Positions 1 to 10,524 are shown, counted from the first letter of the stretch. The stretch is 64,000 bases of DNA from a marine bacterium AO1-C (GCA_001890965.1 MLAY01000008.1:296341-360340); one strand, 5' to 3'. Notes: generated by a model from the sequence alone, not told the origin. A program made the numbers and translations.

Positions 1-1
1 T

Positions 2-1357
2 TTAGCAGATAACTTATTTGCGGGTATTCTAAACAATTCTACGTGGTCGTTCACTATCAACAAAAATGAGAAACCCACTGTAGAAACCTTTGCTCCAGCT
101 GATAATAGTACCAGCAATGATGCCTCTACATTAACCTCTTTATCTATCAACTTTTCGGAAGAGGTACAAAAAGGTACTGGTTATGTTCGCATCAGAAAAG
201 CTGGCTCAGGCACGCTTACACAACTTATTAATATCAGAAGTAGTCTGGTAACTGTCAATGGAAAAACGGTAGCCATTCAACTGGATGGTTTGCTGACTGA
301 TGAAACAAGCTATTATGTAACCATCTCTTCTACTGCTTTACAAGATTTGGTAGGTAATAACTACGGTGGTATCGATAACCAAACCACCTGGAATTTCTCA
401 TTGGGTACGCCCATTGCACCTACTCTGGCTCAAACTTCTCCTACGCACCAAAGTACCAATGTAGAGGTCAATATTCCTTCGCTGAAAATGACTTTCTCTG
501 AAAAAATAGCAAAAGGGGTCAATGGTTATGTGCTGATCAAAAAAGTAGCAAACGACGAAGAAGTTGCCACTGTTGGTATTAACTCAAGTCTAATAAGCAT
601 TCAGGACAAAGAAGCTACCATTAGACTAAACAAGTTTTTGGAACCAACTACACAATACTATGTAAGCGTGCCTTCGGGAACTTTTACCGATGCCGCAGGT
701 TTAGCATTTGCAGGAATTACCGACAGAACCACCTGGCAGTTTACCACAGGAGCATCTAATGTGCCTTTGATAGAAACAGTCTCACCTGCTCATAATAGCA
801 CGGTCAATGCTGCTTTTAATGCATTAACCATCAACTTCTCCGAGGATATACAAAAGGGCGCAGGGTTTATCGAAATATATGATAACAATGATGACTTGGT
901 AGATTTTATCTCAGCCAGTTCTTCGGATGTAGCAATTGAAGGGCAAAAAGCAGTCATTACATTTAATGCTTCTAAACTTGAGCCTAGTACTTCTTATTAT
1001 GTAACGATTCCTTCGTCTGCCTTTAAAAATGCCCAAGGCAACGAGTTTGCAGGTTTTGAGAAAGGGCAATGGGCGTTTAGCACAACTGTAGTGAGTGGAA
1101 TTGCTACTTTGAATCAGGGAACTTTAAAGGTGCACCCCAATCCAACAAGCGATATTGTTTACATTACTTTAGAAAACAACCCAACGAAAACCATTCGTTT
1201 TGAAGCAATAGATATTCGAGGAAAGGTTGTGAAAAGTGGAACTTTAGGAAGAAATCAGCAAAATAGTATCCGCGTTACAGAATGGCCAAAAGGTAATTAT
1301 TTGCTTCGCTTGTATATTGGTAAAACAACTATAAACAAGAGATTTATAAAGAAATAA
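2..1357 (+). CDS. 5'-truncated secreted repeat protein with Ig-like repeats and a T9SS C-terminal sorting domain
   Basis: The frame is open from the window start (LADNLFAGILNNSTW...) with no stop before the listed M at 290. It contains repeated ~100-aa units (...TTWQF...INFSE.IQKG.GY...YYVTI...TD.AGN) and ends with the Por/T9SS tail (KVHPNPTSDIVYITL...GNYLLRLYIGKTTINKRF). Confidence 0.7.
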   Translation, partial: LADNLFAGILNNSTWSFTINKNEKPTVETFAPADNSTSNDASTLTSLSINFSEEVQKGTGYVRIRKAGSGTLTQLINIRSSLVTVNGKTVAIQLDGLLTDETSYYVTISSTALQDLVGNNYGGIDNQTTWNFSLGTPIAPTLAQTSPTHQSTNVEVNIPSLKMTFSEKIAKGVNGYVLIKKVANDEEVATVGINSSLISIQDKEATIRLNKFLEPTTQYYVSVPSGTFTDAAGLAFAGITDRTTWQFTTGASNVPLIETVSPAHNSTVNAAFNALTINFSEDIQKGAGFIEIYDNNDDLVDFISASSSDVAIEGQKAVITFNASKLEPSTSYYVTIPSSAFKNAQGNEFAGFEKGQWAFSTTVVSGIATLNQGTLKVHPNPTSDIVYITLENNPTKTIRFEAIDIRGKVVKSGTLGRNQQNSIRVTEWPKGNYLLRLYIGKTTINKRFIKK

Positions 1358-1432
1358 TCAATAACTCTAAGCCGTTCCTCACATTCGGAATGGCTTAGAT
1401 TTTTTAGGTGATTCAGCAATACGTTCTAAGTT

Positions 1433-1900
1433 TTATTCCTTAAAAAGACCAAAGATTAACGCTATAATCAATTGAATAAAAAGTAAGGTAACAATCGCTG
1501 CCAAAAGCCCCAATAACAAGCCCCGCAGCCCTCCCAATAAAATACCCACCCATATACCAGCTACAATGCTCAAAATTAAAGTTACAAAAGCCAGAATAAA
1601 TAGTATAGCATTTTCGTTTCGTTTGCGATGTGTTCTTTCGGGATGTCGTTTATAACGTTTTTTGGCTTTGCGTATCACTCTTTTTATTACCCATCTGCCC
1701 AATCTGGATCGTAAAAAACGTTGAGCTTTTCTTATTTTTCTTTGTCTACGCCTTTGTTTTCGCCATAATTTTCGTTCAGCTTTGGTTAGAGTAGCCTTTT
1801 GCTGCTGAGCAGGAGGAGCATCGGCAAATGTGGCTATCGGACTTAGTAGTAATAATAAGGCAAAAAAGAGCCAAAACGCCTGTTTTTGAATGATATTCAT
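1433..1900 (-). CDS. hypothetical protein with signal peptide, poly-basic K/R stretch and C-terminal TM helices
   Basis: 155-aa ORF. It has an N-terminal hydrophobic signal (FWLFFALLLLLSPIATFA), about 60 residues of very K/R-rich sequence, and then two hydrophobic helices. No family recognised. Confidence 0.4.
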   Translation of the reverse strand: MNIIQKQAFWLFFALLLLLSPIATFADAPPAQQQKATLTKAERKLWRKQRRRQRKIRKAQRFLRSRLGRWVIKRVIRKAKKRYKRHPERTHRKRNENAILFILAFVTLILSIVAGIWVGILLGGLRGLLLGLLAAIVTLLFIQLIIALIFGLFKE

Positions 1901-2117
1901 TGATGATAAAGCAAGTAATGGATCATTAAATCGGAAAAAAAGTTAGTTCAAGTACACGAGTAATCACTTATTAGTAACACTTTCATTAAATAAGAAACTG
2001 GATTAGTTTAACACCAGGTTTTTGAGAAAATCGACATACCTATTCTCAGCAAAAATTGGCCGAAAGCCGTGAGTCTGTACGGATTATTGTCGTAATCCCA
2101 CCAAGGTCATAAGTTAT

Positions 2118-2149
2118 AAAAAAAGGGAGTGTTATTGTAAAACACTCCC
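2118..2149 (-). terminator. rho-independent terminator downstream of the NHL-repeat gene
   Basis: Perfect 9-bp stem (gggagtgtt / aacactccc) followed on the minus strand by a T-run. Confidence 0.5.
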
Positions 2150-2219
2150 TCATTATTAAATGGGTTAATTTAGATTTAGGAAGTATCTCAGAAATAATTC
2201 TGTATTTCCTACTATCTTC

Positions 2220-4523
2220 CTAACGATTGATCACCAGAGTTTTGGTATTAATTAGCTGACCGTTGGCATTTAATATTCTAATAAAATAAATGCCTGAAGT
2301 CAAGTTATTTAAATTTAACTGAGCTTTACCATTGTTTGTTTTGGTTTGGCTGAGCTGCTTGCCTTGCATATTAATCAGTACCACTTGTTGAGCCGATTTG
2401 TTACGAATGGTCACTTGTTGAGAAGCAGGATTAGGATACACCAACGTAGGTGTTACTCCTGTAACAGATACATTGCTTCGGGTAATTCTTGAAGCTGGAT
2501 CAGGCTTAAGTACTCGGATTCGGTGGTTGCCGCGATCAGCAATGTAAATGTCACCGTTGGCGGCAATGGCAATATCACGAGGCTGATTCAACGCAGCATC
2601 AGTAGCATCAATATTTTCTCCAGTAGCATCTGTTCCGCCGCCAGCAATGGTAGTAATGGCCCCAGTAACTGCATCGATACGGCGAATACGACTGCTATCC
2701 AAATCAGCAAAAAATACGTTTCCACTTCCGTCTACTGCTACTTGTCTCGGTCTCCCAATATTAGGAGCACCTCCCCCTTCCTGAATAGTACCTCCCGCAA
2801 TAATTTTAATGGTATCGTTTTCTATCTTACGTACAATCAAGTTGTTACGATCGCCAATATAGATTACCCCGTTGGCATCTACTGCTATCCCTACTGCTTT
2901 CTTCAACTGGGCATCACTGGCTAGTATGTTGTCACCATTAAACCCTTCTGTACCATCTCCTGTAATCGTAGTAATGGTATCATTTTTTACCCGACGAATG
3001 CGGTTTTGGTTACGATCTGCAATATACACATTTCCGTTATTGTCTACTGCTACTCCAATCGGTACATTTAGCTGGGCATTGGTTGCCAAACCATTATCTC
3101 CTGGATCAATATCCGTAGTATTTCCGTCCCCGGCAAATGTGATAATCTTACCATTAGAGGCATTCACTCTTCTTACCCGATGGTTATGAGAATCGGCAAT
3201 ATATACATCTCCATTGGCGGCTACTTCTACTCCGCCAGCCACATTGAGTAAAGCTCCCGTAGCCAATATATTGTCTTGATTATAACCGCCAGACTTGTGT
3301 CGTATGCCAGCTATATCTGACATAATACCTGTGGTTAAATCCACCTTTACTACCAGGTTATTGATACCATCTGCAATGTATAACAAATTATCATCGCTGC
3401 TAAGCGACACTCCTCCTGGCTCGTTCAATTGAGACTGACTGGCTATAGCTCCTTCCAAATAACCTGCGGTGCCATCACCCGCAATGGTAGTAATGGTGTC
3501 GTTTTCCACTCGACGAATACGATGGTGCTGACGATCAGCAATCAACAGATTTCCATCGGCATCCAGCGTGATATCTCTTGGGTTGTTGAGTTTAGTTTCG
3601 TCAGCAGGCACATTGTCTTGAAAGGTAGAGCCTGATCCCGCAAAAATAGTAGTACTATCAGGAGTCACTTTAAGAATTCGTTGATTGCCCATATCGGCAA
3701 TGTATACAACACCACTGGCATCTACCTCTACCTGGCGAGGCTTTGACATAGGCAAACCCACGGCAAAAGTTGATAAAGTGTCGTTTTCTACTCTAAATAT
3801 TCGGTTGCGATCACGATCTGCGATGTATATTCTATCTGAGGCATCTACTCCAATTCCTACTGGGAAAGACAACAATGCCTGGTCGGCAGGTATATTATTC
3901 GCGGGGTTTGTTCCCCCAGCAAATTTTGAAATATTGTCATTGGTGTCTACCTTATATACAAACCCAGCACGATCTACAATATACACATTTCCTTGACTAT
4001 CCAACTCTAATGCAATTGGCTTTACCAGCTCAGCATCTACTGCTTTTCCAGTATTCGTAGGGTTATCAGATCCAGCAAAACGATAAATTTTATTACTTGA
4101 AGCGTCTATTCTCAACACTCGGCCGCTGTCAGATTCAGCAATGTATATATCGCCGTTAGCCGCTACTGCAAGTGCACCAGGCACTCCCAAAGGCGCATCC
4201 TTAGCCATCATGCCATCGGTAAAGGTATTGGGCTGATCGGTTCCGGCAATGGTCGATACAAGATTAGTAGCTACTTCTATTTTACGAATACGTTTATTAA
4301 TCAAGTCACATATATAAATGTTTCCCTGACTATCAACGTCTACTCCATTGGGAGCATTGAACTGAGCTTTTAATGGGTCAGTTACCAAAGCATTGCCACC
4401 AGTACCAGTACCTACAATGGTAGAAATTTTATACGTGGTTTGGGCAAATGCTGCCGAACAAGCGACAAGCGAAATAAGCATAGTGGCCCTTAAGGAGCGG
4501 GCAAAACTGTTGATTGTTTTCAT
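2220..4523 (-). CDS. NHL-repeat beta-propeller protein with T9SS C-terminal sorting domain
   Basis: 767 aa with a signal peptide. Many NHL-type repeats (D.DGNIYIAD..N.RIRKI / NHRIRRV) and a C-terminal T9SS domain (LVYPNPASQQVTIRN...GIYFIRILNANGQLINTKTLVINR). Confidence 0.8.
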   Translation of the reverse strand: MKTINSFARSLRATMLISLVACSAAFAQTTYKISTIVGTGTGGNALVTDPLKAQFNAPNGVDVDSQGNIYICDLINKRIRKIEVATNLVSTIAGTDQPNTFTDGMMAKDAPLGVPGALAVAANGDIYIAESDSGRVLRIDASSNKIYRFAGSDNPTNTGKAVDAELVKPIALELDSQGNVYIVDRAGFVYKVDTNDNISKFAGGTNPANNIPADQALLSFPVGIGVDASDRIYIADRDRNRIFRVENDTLSTFAVGLPMSKPRQVEVDASGVVYIADMGNQRILKVTPDSTTIFAGSGSTFQDNVPADETKLNNPRDITLDADGNLLIADRQHHRIRRVENDTITTIAGDGTAGYLEGAIASQSQLNEPGGVSLSSDDNLLYIADGINNLVVKVDLTTGIMSDIAGIRHKSGGYNQDNILATGALLNVAGGVEVAANGDVYIADSHNHRVRRVNASNGKIITFAGDGNTTDIDPGDNGLATNAQLNVPIGVAVDNNGNVYIADRNQNRIRRVKNDTITTITGDGTEGFNGDNILASDAQLKKAVGIAVDANGVIYIGDRNNLIVRKIENDTIKIIAGGTIQEGGGAPNIGRPRQVAVDGSGNVFFADLDSSRIRRIDAVTGAITTIAGGGTDATGENIDATDAALNQPRDIAIAANGDIYIADRGNHRIRVLKPDPASRITRSNVSVTGVTPTLVYPNPASQQVTIRNKSAQQVVLINMQGKQLSQTKTNNGKAQLNLNNLTSGIYFIRILNANGQLINTKTLVINR

Positions 4524-4888
4524 TTTGTCTGATGATTTTAGAATTTGAAGTCGTGTTGACCTCTGTGTTTAAAGGAATATTTAAGCTGATTAAATAATTG
4601 TAATGAAGTTTCCGACACGGATTTCTGAAGCAATTTATTGCTAATTTTTCCGAGCTACTACTAGTGGTTATGCTGTTTCGCGATAAGCTTATACTATTTT
4701 GGAATGACACCTTAAAACCCTCCTTTTTCGAAACCCCGTATTTTCACGCTTACATCTTTGGCTAGTCTTTCCGACCTTTGAATCACTAGTTATTACAACA
4801 AGCTTAGGAGCTAGATAAGACAGTATTTGGTCTGCTTCTATAAAATTATTGGGGGAGTTACTTTTTAGGTCTATAAACATCACACATT

Positions 4889-5227
4889 ATGAGAAAAGTA
4901 ACCAGATATACATCAAGCCAATCGGCTCAGCAAGTTTTCTTAAATCAAGTACAAGGGAAAATCTATCAAATTGAAAAGCAACTATCTGATGGTCAGTGGG
5001 TATCATATGGCCAATTGATTTTTCAAGCAAACGAAGTCACTTTCAATTCTGAGGAATTGTCGCATATATCGTATAATGCCCAAACTCAAATGTTGCATAT
5101 GGATTTTGGGTGGGTAAGTTATGAAGGAAGTTGTTGCCTGCATTTCTTTAATCAACAGCAGGTGTTTTCGGGGAATTATAAAAAAACCGGAGAGGGTATT
5201 ACTCAAATTAGAGGGAAGGTCTGCTAA
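4889..5227 (+). CDS. hypothetical protein
   Basis: 112-aa ORF convergent with mutS and followed by a bidirectional terminator hairpin. No recognisable motifs. Confidence 0.35.
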   Translation: MRKVTRYTSSQSAQQVFLNQVQGKIYQIEKQLSDGQWVSYGQLIFQANEVTFNSEELSHISYNAQTQMLHMDFGWVSYEGSCCLHFFNQQQVFSGNYKKTGEGITQIRGKVC

Positions 5228-5300
5228 CGTTTCTCGCCAGGAAGTCGAGATGACTTCCATATCTAAAAACTTAGAACCTTAATAAGGATGTATATATAAC

Positions 5301-5337
5301 CCCAAAAATCCAGTCTTTGATGAAGACTGGATTTTTT
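5301..5337. terminator. bidirectional rho-independent terminator between the convergent ORF 4889-5227 and mutS
   Basis: Stem atccagtctt / agactggat flanked by an A-run on the 5' side and a T-run on the 3' side. Confidence 0.55.
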
Positions 5338-5405
5338 ATTTAGAGTATGAACTTATGTCGAGTCCTAATGCTAAGATTTTTATGTTTTTACCTATACATC
5401 ATTAT

Positions 5406-8099
5406 CTAGCGTTGCCCATTCATCATCCCTTTCAGCTCATTCAATTTGAGTAAGGCTTCTACTGGAGTCATGGTGTTTACGTCCAGTTTACGAATAGCCT
5501 CTTGAATTTTGGCTGCTGTGGGGTCTTGCGCTTCAAAAATACTCATTTGTACTTCTGGCTTCGGAATCGTCTTAGTAGCAGCGGTATCAGTATCTTTTCC
5601 AGGCTTTTTACCAGAATCCTTTTCTGGGTCTTGAGAGCGATTGGCTTCCAGATGATGCATAATATCATCGGCACGTAATACAATCTGGCGTGGCATACCC
5701 GCCATACGGGCTACGTGAATACCAAAGCTGTGCTCACTACCTCCTTCGGCAATCTTACGCATAAATACTACCTTATTGCCTACCTCTTTTACCGTCACGT
5801 GGAAGTTCTTGATACGAGGAAAATCCTTGGCCAGCTCGTTGAGTTCGTGGTAGTGGGTGGCAAACAAAGTCTTGGGACGTCCCTTGCGGTAATCGTGCAA
5901 ATATTCTAAAATCGCCCAGGCAATCGAGATACCATCATAGGTACTGGTTCCCCGACCAATTTCATCCATAAGTACCAAACTTCGCTCACTGAGGTTGTTC
6001 ATAATGCTGGCAGTCTCCATCATTTCTACCATAAAAGTAGACTCTCCTTTGGCAATATTGTCGGAGGCTCCTACTCGGGTAAAAATCTTGTCTACAATAC
6101 CAATATCGGCTGCATCGGCAGGTACAAAGCTCCCAATTTGAGCCATCAACGTGATCAAAGCTACTTGGCGCAACAAGGCTGATTTACCCGACATGTTAGG
6201 CCCGGTAATCACCATAATTTGCTGCTCTTCGTCATCCAGGAAAGTATCGTTGGGAATGTAAGGTTCATCAGCAGGTAATTGGCGCTCAATTACGGGGTGG
6301 CGCCCTGCTTTGATCTCAATACCTTTGCCATCGTTCACAGTAGGTTTTACATAGCTATACTTGCGGGCAATAAAGGCAAAAGATGACAAACAATCCAACG
6401 TGGCCAAAATACGGGCATTTTGCTGAATAGGATTGGTAAAATCTCCCGCTTGAATAACCAGTTCTTTATAAATACCATTTTCCAATTCCCAAATACGCTC
6501 CTCAGCGTGTACAATCTTATCTTCGTAGATTTTAAGCTCTTCAGTAATATAGCGCTCTGCATTTACCAAAGTTTGCTTGCGAATCCATTCTTTAGGCACC
6601 TGGGCTTTGTACTTATTGGTAACTTCCAGATAAAACCCAAATACTTTGTTATAGTCTAACTTAAGCGACTGAATACCCGTTTCTTCAATGGCACTTTGGC
6701 GAACCTTCTCTAAGTACTGTTTGCTGTTGTATACAATTTCGTGTAGCTCATCCAGCTCTTCGTTTACCTTGGGCTTAATCAAACCACCTTCGTTTAGTAC
6801 GTTTTTGGGCTCGTCCAGCAATTCGTTCTCAATTTTCTCAGCCAAAAACTGACATTCATTCAATTGGTTGGCAAACTTTTGAAATTGAGGCAAAGGATGA
6901 TTTTCTAAAATTACTTTCAACGAAGATACCTGGGCCAGTCCCTTCTTTACTTGTAGCAGCTCACGCGGCTTAATGCGGCGAGAAGCCACTTTAGAAATCA
7001 AACGCTCTACGTCTCCGGCTTGCTTAAGGTGTTGAGAGATTTCTTCCAGTAAATCGTTGTCTTGCAATACTGCCTCTACCATCATGAGTCGCTCCTCGAT
7101 GCGTTGGCGATCTTTGAGGGGAAGCGCTACCCATTTGCGCAGCAAACGCGCCCCCATCGGGGTCACGGTATTGTCTAACACCTGAATGAGCGAAATGCCA
7201 TTTTCTTGTTGAGGAAACAGTAGCTCCAGGTTGCGTATAGTAAATTTATCGAGCCACACATAACGGTGAGCTTCAATACGCCCAATGCTCGAAATGTGCT
7301 GTATATTGTTGTGGTGGGTTTCTGTTAAATAATGGAGGATGGCACCCGCTGCGGCAATCCCTTCGGGCAAGTCGGCGATTCCAAAACCTTTGAGCGATTT
7401 GGTTTTGAAATGCTTGTTGAGCAAGTCGTTGCCAAAATTGTACGTAAAAAACCACTCCTCAAGAAAGAAAGCATTGTGGTCATCGCCAAACAATTCGGTA
7501 AACTGCTGACGACGTGATTTACTAAATAATATTTCGGACGGATTGAAGCTTTGCAGCAGCTTATCAATGTATTCAAAATCGCCTTCAGCAGTGAAAAACT
7601 CCCCAGTAGAAATATCTAAAAATGCTACCCCAAATGTCTCTCCCTTTGCCGCCATGCTCAAAGAGGCCAGGTAGTTATTGCGATTGACCTCTAGCACCGA
7701 ATCGTTGTAGGATACCCCAGGAGTGACCAGCTCCGTTACCCCTCGCTTCACTAGTTTTTTGGTAAATCTTGGATCTTCTATTTGATCGCAAATGGCTACT
7801 CGTTGCCCGGCACGTACCAACTTGGGCAAGTAGGCGTCCAATGCGTGGTGTGGAAAACCAGCCAACTCTATTTCACTGGCTGCTCCATTGTGGCGTTTGG
7901 TAAGGGTAATGCCCAATATTTTGCTGGCAGTAATGGCATCTTCGCCGAAGGTTTCGTAAAAGTCTCCTACTCGAAACAACAACAGTGCCCCCGGATATTT
8001 GGCCTTGAAGCTGTTGTATTGCTTCATCATGGGGGTTTCTTTCACTTTCTTCCCTGCTTTTGGAGTCTTGGTCTTTTTGGTCATTTTTTTAATGGTCAA
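5406..8099 (-). CDS. mutS: DNA mismatch repair protein MutS
   Basis: 897 aa. N-terminal mismatch-binding region (TPMMKQY...GDFYETF), Walker A motif GPNMSGKS, the characteristic STFMVEM motif, and a C-terminal dimerisation region. Confidence 0.95.
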   Translation of the reverse strand: MTIKKMTKKTKTPKAGKKVKETPMMKQYNSFKAKYPGALLLFRVGDFYETFGEDAITASKILGITLTKRHNGAASEIELAGFPHHALDAYLPKLVRAGQRVAICDQIEDPRFTKKLVKRGVTELVTPGVSYNDSVLEVNRNNYLASLSMAAKGETFGVAFLDISTGEFFTAEGDFEYIDKLLQSFNPSEILFSKSRRQQFTELFGDDHNAFFLEEWFFTYNFGNDLLNKHFKTKSLKGFGIADLPEGIAAAGAILHYLTETHHNNIQHISSIGRIEAHRYVWLDKFTIRNLELLFPQQENGISLIQVLDNTVTPMGARLLRKWVALPLKDRQRIEERLMMVEAVLQDNDLLEEISQHLKQAGDVERLISKVASRRIKPRELLQVKKGLAQVSSLKVILENHPLPQFQKFANQLNECQFLAEKIENELLDEPKNVLNEGGLIKPKVNEELDELHEIVYNSKQYLEKVRQSAIEETGIQSLKLDYNKVFGFYLEVTNKYKAQVPKEWIRKQTLVNAERYITEELKIYEDKIVHAEERIWELENGIYKELVIQAGDFTNPIQQNARILATLDCLSSFAFIARKYSYVKPTVNDGKGIEIKAGRHPVIERQLPADEPYIPNDTFLDDEEQQIMVITGPNMSGKSALLRQVALITLMAQIGSFVPADAADIGIVDKIFTRVGASDNIAKGESTFMVEMMETASIMNNLSERSLVLMDEIGRGTSTYDGISIAWAILEYLHDYRKGRPKTLFATHYHELNELAKDFPRIKNFHVTVKEVGNKVVFMRKIAEGGSEHSFGIHVARMAGMPRQIVLRADDIMHHLEANRSQDPEKDSGKKPGKDTDTAATKTIPKPEVQMSIFEAQDPTAAKIQEAIRKLDVNTMTPVEALLKLNELKGMMNGQR

Positions 8100-8195
8100 G
8101 ATGGGTGGTCAATGGACAGTTTTTTAGCCTTTGGCTATGATTCGCGCCATTTTTCACTTTACGTTTTTCGCTTTTAATTTTTAAAGCGGTTTTTA

Positions 8196-8308
8196 GGTCA
8201 AAGTTACGCCTTTTGGGCTATTTCTCGAAATAATGATTGGGAAAAGTCAGTGTTTTTTTAATGGTAAATTGGCACTCGACGGGATTTTGAGCATTTATAC
8301 GCTCAGCG
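8196..8308. repeat. copy 1 of an ~110-bp direct repeat, upstream of mutS
   Basis: About 85 percent identical to 9245-9355 (shared core ccttttgggcta..tcgaaataatg..aaaagtcagtgtttttt..aatggta..actcgacg..tttgagcat). Confidence 0.5.
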
Positions 8309-8349
8309 TTTGTTTACATTGTTTATTATTTTGATACAGAATGCATGCA

Positions 8350-9186
8350 CTAAAGCGTAATCTCTTCTTGCTCATTATCTTGGGTATTCAAACTAATCAC
8401 TCCATAAAAATACCATGGTAGGATGGTCATGCCTATTGCAAACCCATTGCTCTTGCCATAACTCTTTGCTATGCTCAGGTTAATAAAGTACTTGGGGATC
8501 AATCGGATAAAAGGAATATAAACTGGAACAATCCACCATAAAGGTCTATTAGATAGTTTTAACAAAACCAGGTGATTCATGATAGGGATCAAGGCCTGGT
8601 AGCCTTCTTTATCATTTTGTTTAAATAAGTAAAAAAGGCTCTCATAAAAAATCACAATTGCCGCAAGGATTACTGGAGTCTGAATCAACGTCAACACGAA
8701 ATAATAAGTCTGAAAGGTCGTAAAAACATCTCGAAGCGTGATAAAAGGGAGAATAAACAGGTGATTGATTGGTCTAAAGCCTGACGTTGCGAAGATATCA
8801 CCAATACTATCAAACAAACCCTGTAGCCCTGTGCGCGTTGGATGTGGGGGTTTATTGATCAGTTCGTTTAGATGATAAAAACCCAGGTTATTGATATAAG
8901 CAATGGTATACGAAATGAGTAAGAAAAGTAAAGTCAATAGCAGTATTGCGTTGAAATGAGTGCCCTGGATTTTTATATATTTTCTATGCATCAATACCAC
9001 AACAATCGCAAAAACCAGGCTTCCAGATATTGGACTAAAAATTATGCTGGCAAACCCAAGCTGGCTAATGTTTTGAATATCGAATATGAGGCAATAGCTT
9101 TTTTCTATAAATCCTGTCAAAAACACCCCTAATAAACTATACAGTAGGCTAATTCTTGCTATCTCATTTAGTTTAATATCCTTCAT
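8350..9186 (-). CDS. multi-pass integral membrane protein, function unknown
   Basis: 278 aa with at least six hydrophobic segments. It is bracketed by the two ~110-bp direct repeats. Confidence 0.6.
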   Translation of the reverse strand: MKDIKLNEIARISLLYSLLGVFLTGFIEKSYCLIFDIQNISQLGFASIIFSPISGSLVFAIVVVLMHRKYIKIQGTHFNAILLLTLLFLLISYTIAYINNLGFYHLNELINKPPHPTRTGLQGLFDSIGDIFATSGFRPINHLFILPFITLRDVFTTFQTYYFVLTLIQTPVILAAIVIFYESLFYLFKQNDKEGYQALIPIMNHLVLLKLSNRPLWWIVPVYIPFIRLIPKYFINLSIAKSYGKSNGFAIGMTILPWYFYGVISLNTQDNEQEEITL

Positions 9187-9244
9187 AACTCATTTGGTGT
9201 ATTTCTAAGACGTATTGTGGTTATCATTAATCTCTTATACTTTC

Positions 9245-9355
9245 AGTCAAGTTTACACCTTTTGGGCTACTTATCGAAATAATGCATGGAAAAAGTCAGT
9301 GTTTTTTAATGGTAGATGGGTACTCGACGAGACTTTGAGCATCTCTTAGTTGCGA
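9245..9355. repeat. copy 2 of the ~110-bp direct repeat, upstream of the membrane protein gene
   Basis: Homologous to 8196-8308 in the same orientation. Confidence 0.5.
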
Positions 9356-9533
9356 GTTTCCTTTATAAAATTTTACGATGGTTAGGATTTCGATGCTTTG
9401 GGGTTGAGTAATATTTTGGTGCAGATAACAATCTACTGATCAACGGTAATATGAGTTTGTCGTCCTGATGATAGGAAGAATCGATAACAATATCATATCA
9501 ACAACTTCTTCCTTTTGTTTTTCCGAATGAAAT

Positions 9534-9583
9534 GAGGGTGAAGTAAGAAATCATCAAGTTTCGTGAACACTTACTGCACCCTC
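9534..9583. other. long imperfect stem-loop (14-bp stem, ~22-nt loop) in an ORF-free region
   Basis: gagggtgaagtaag ... cttactgcaccctc with no adjacent T-run. Possibly part of a ncRNA or a regulatory element. Confidence 0.3.
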
Positions 9584-10306
9584 ACTGAGTTCGGGAGGAC
9601 AGGGAACATTCCCGATAAATACACATATCATCTCTATTGATATGTTTTGGATACAAAAAATCGAAGCTAATCACTTCTCAGAATAACAAAATCCGCACAA
9701 TAGGTCATAAACCATTCTCTAAAAACTTTTACAACAAACCATTTCAGCCTTTCAAAAAGTGAATATATCCAGTATTATACCTGTTAATTCGAATTAGGCC
9801 ATTGTTTACTTACTTACACCATTTATAAAATACAGACCACTGTAAATCAAGCTTTTAAAAAACTCGAAGTAACCTGGTATTCCTCCTGTTTACTTCAGGT
9901 GTAGTGTTTCTTGTATGGCGTTTTTCTGTAGTTTACCAATTGTATACTATGACTATTTGAGGCAAAATGTTTCTGCTTACTTTTTGTATACTTATCATTT
10001 TTGCCAAAACCCACCCTAAACTCTAACATTGCCTCAAGACGATTGCAAAACACCTCATTAAATAATTTGGTGTTTAGGCAATCACCCAAATTTTATATTA
10101 CACAATTATACTTTAATTAATGATGCAAAGCGTAGCAGTTTGGGAATACCAGATGTGTTCTCTGACTACGACGGCAGTGTTTTAAACTACCTATACTAAG
10201 CAATATGTTCCTAAAACTTCTTGCCATGTTCAATTGGCTAATTTTCGGATATTTTTAATACAACTTAGAGTTTTATAAATACGCCTGGTAAGAAGCAGGA
10301 AGAGGA

Positions 10307-10336
10307 CCTCAACATAGTGATGTGTTGAGGTTTTTC
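10307..10336 (+). terminator. orphan rho-independent terminator
   Basis: cctcaacat-agtg-atgtgttgagg followed by ttttt. No annotated ORF of 60 aa or more lies upstream. A 17-codon hydrophobic micro-ORF at 10205-10258 precedes it. Confidence 0.4.
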
Positions 10337-10524
10337 TGTGTTTTATGGAGTACATCACTTCGTGGTATAACTTAATCAAGTATTTTCGTCAGCATTTGAA
10401 TTATATGTTCAACATTTTGAATGATACGTCCAAGTAATTCAAACCTTATTTTCACTCCTTTGCAACAGTTAATTTAAATCAGGGAATCGTTCAGATTTTC
10501 CTTAAGTATAAACCCAAACTGAAC

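Noticed and set aside
2523-4060. Plus-strand ORFs of 61-133 aa nested inside the NHL-repeat gene
   Set aside because: They are antisense to a well-supported minus-strand CDS and show low-complexity S/N/T-rich translations, so they are typical shadow ORFs.
9895-10089. Minus-strand 64-aa ORF in the ORF-poor region
   Set aside because: It has no ribosome-binding-site context or motifs and sits in a region better explained as non-coding or regulatory.
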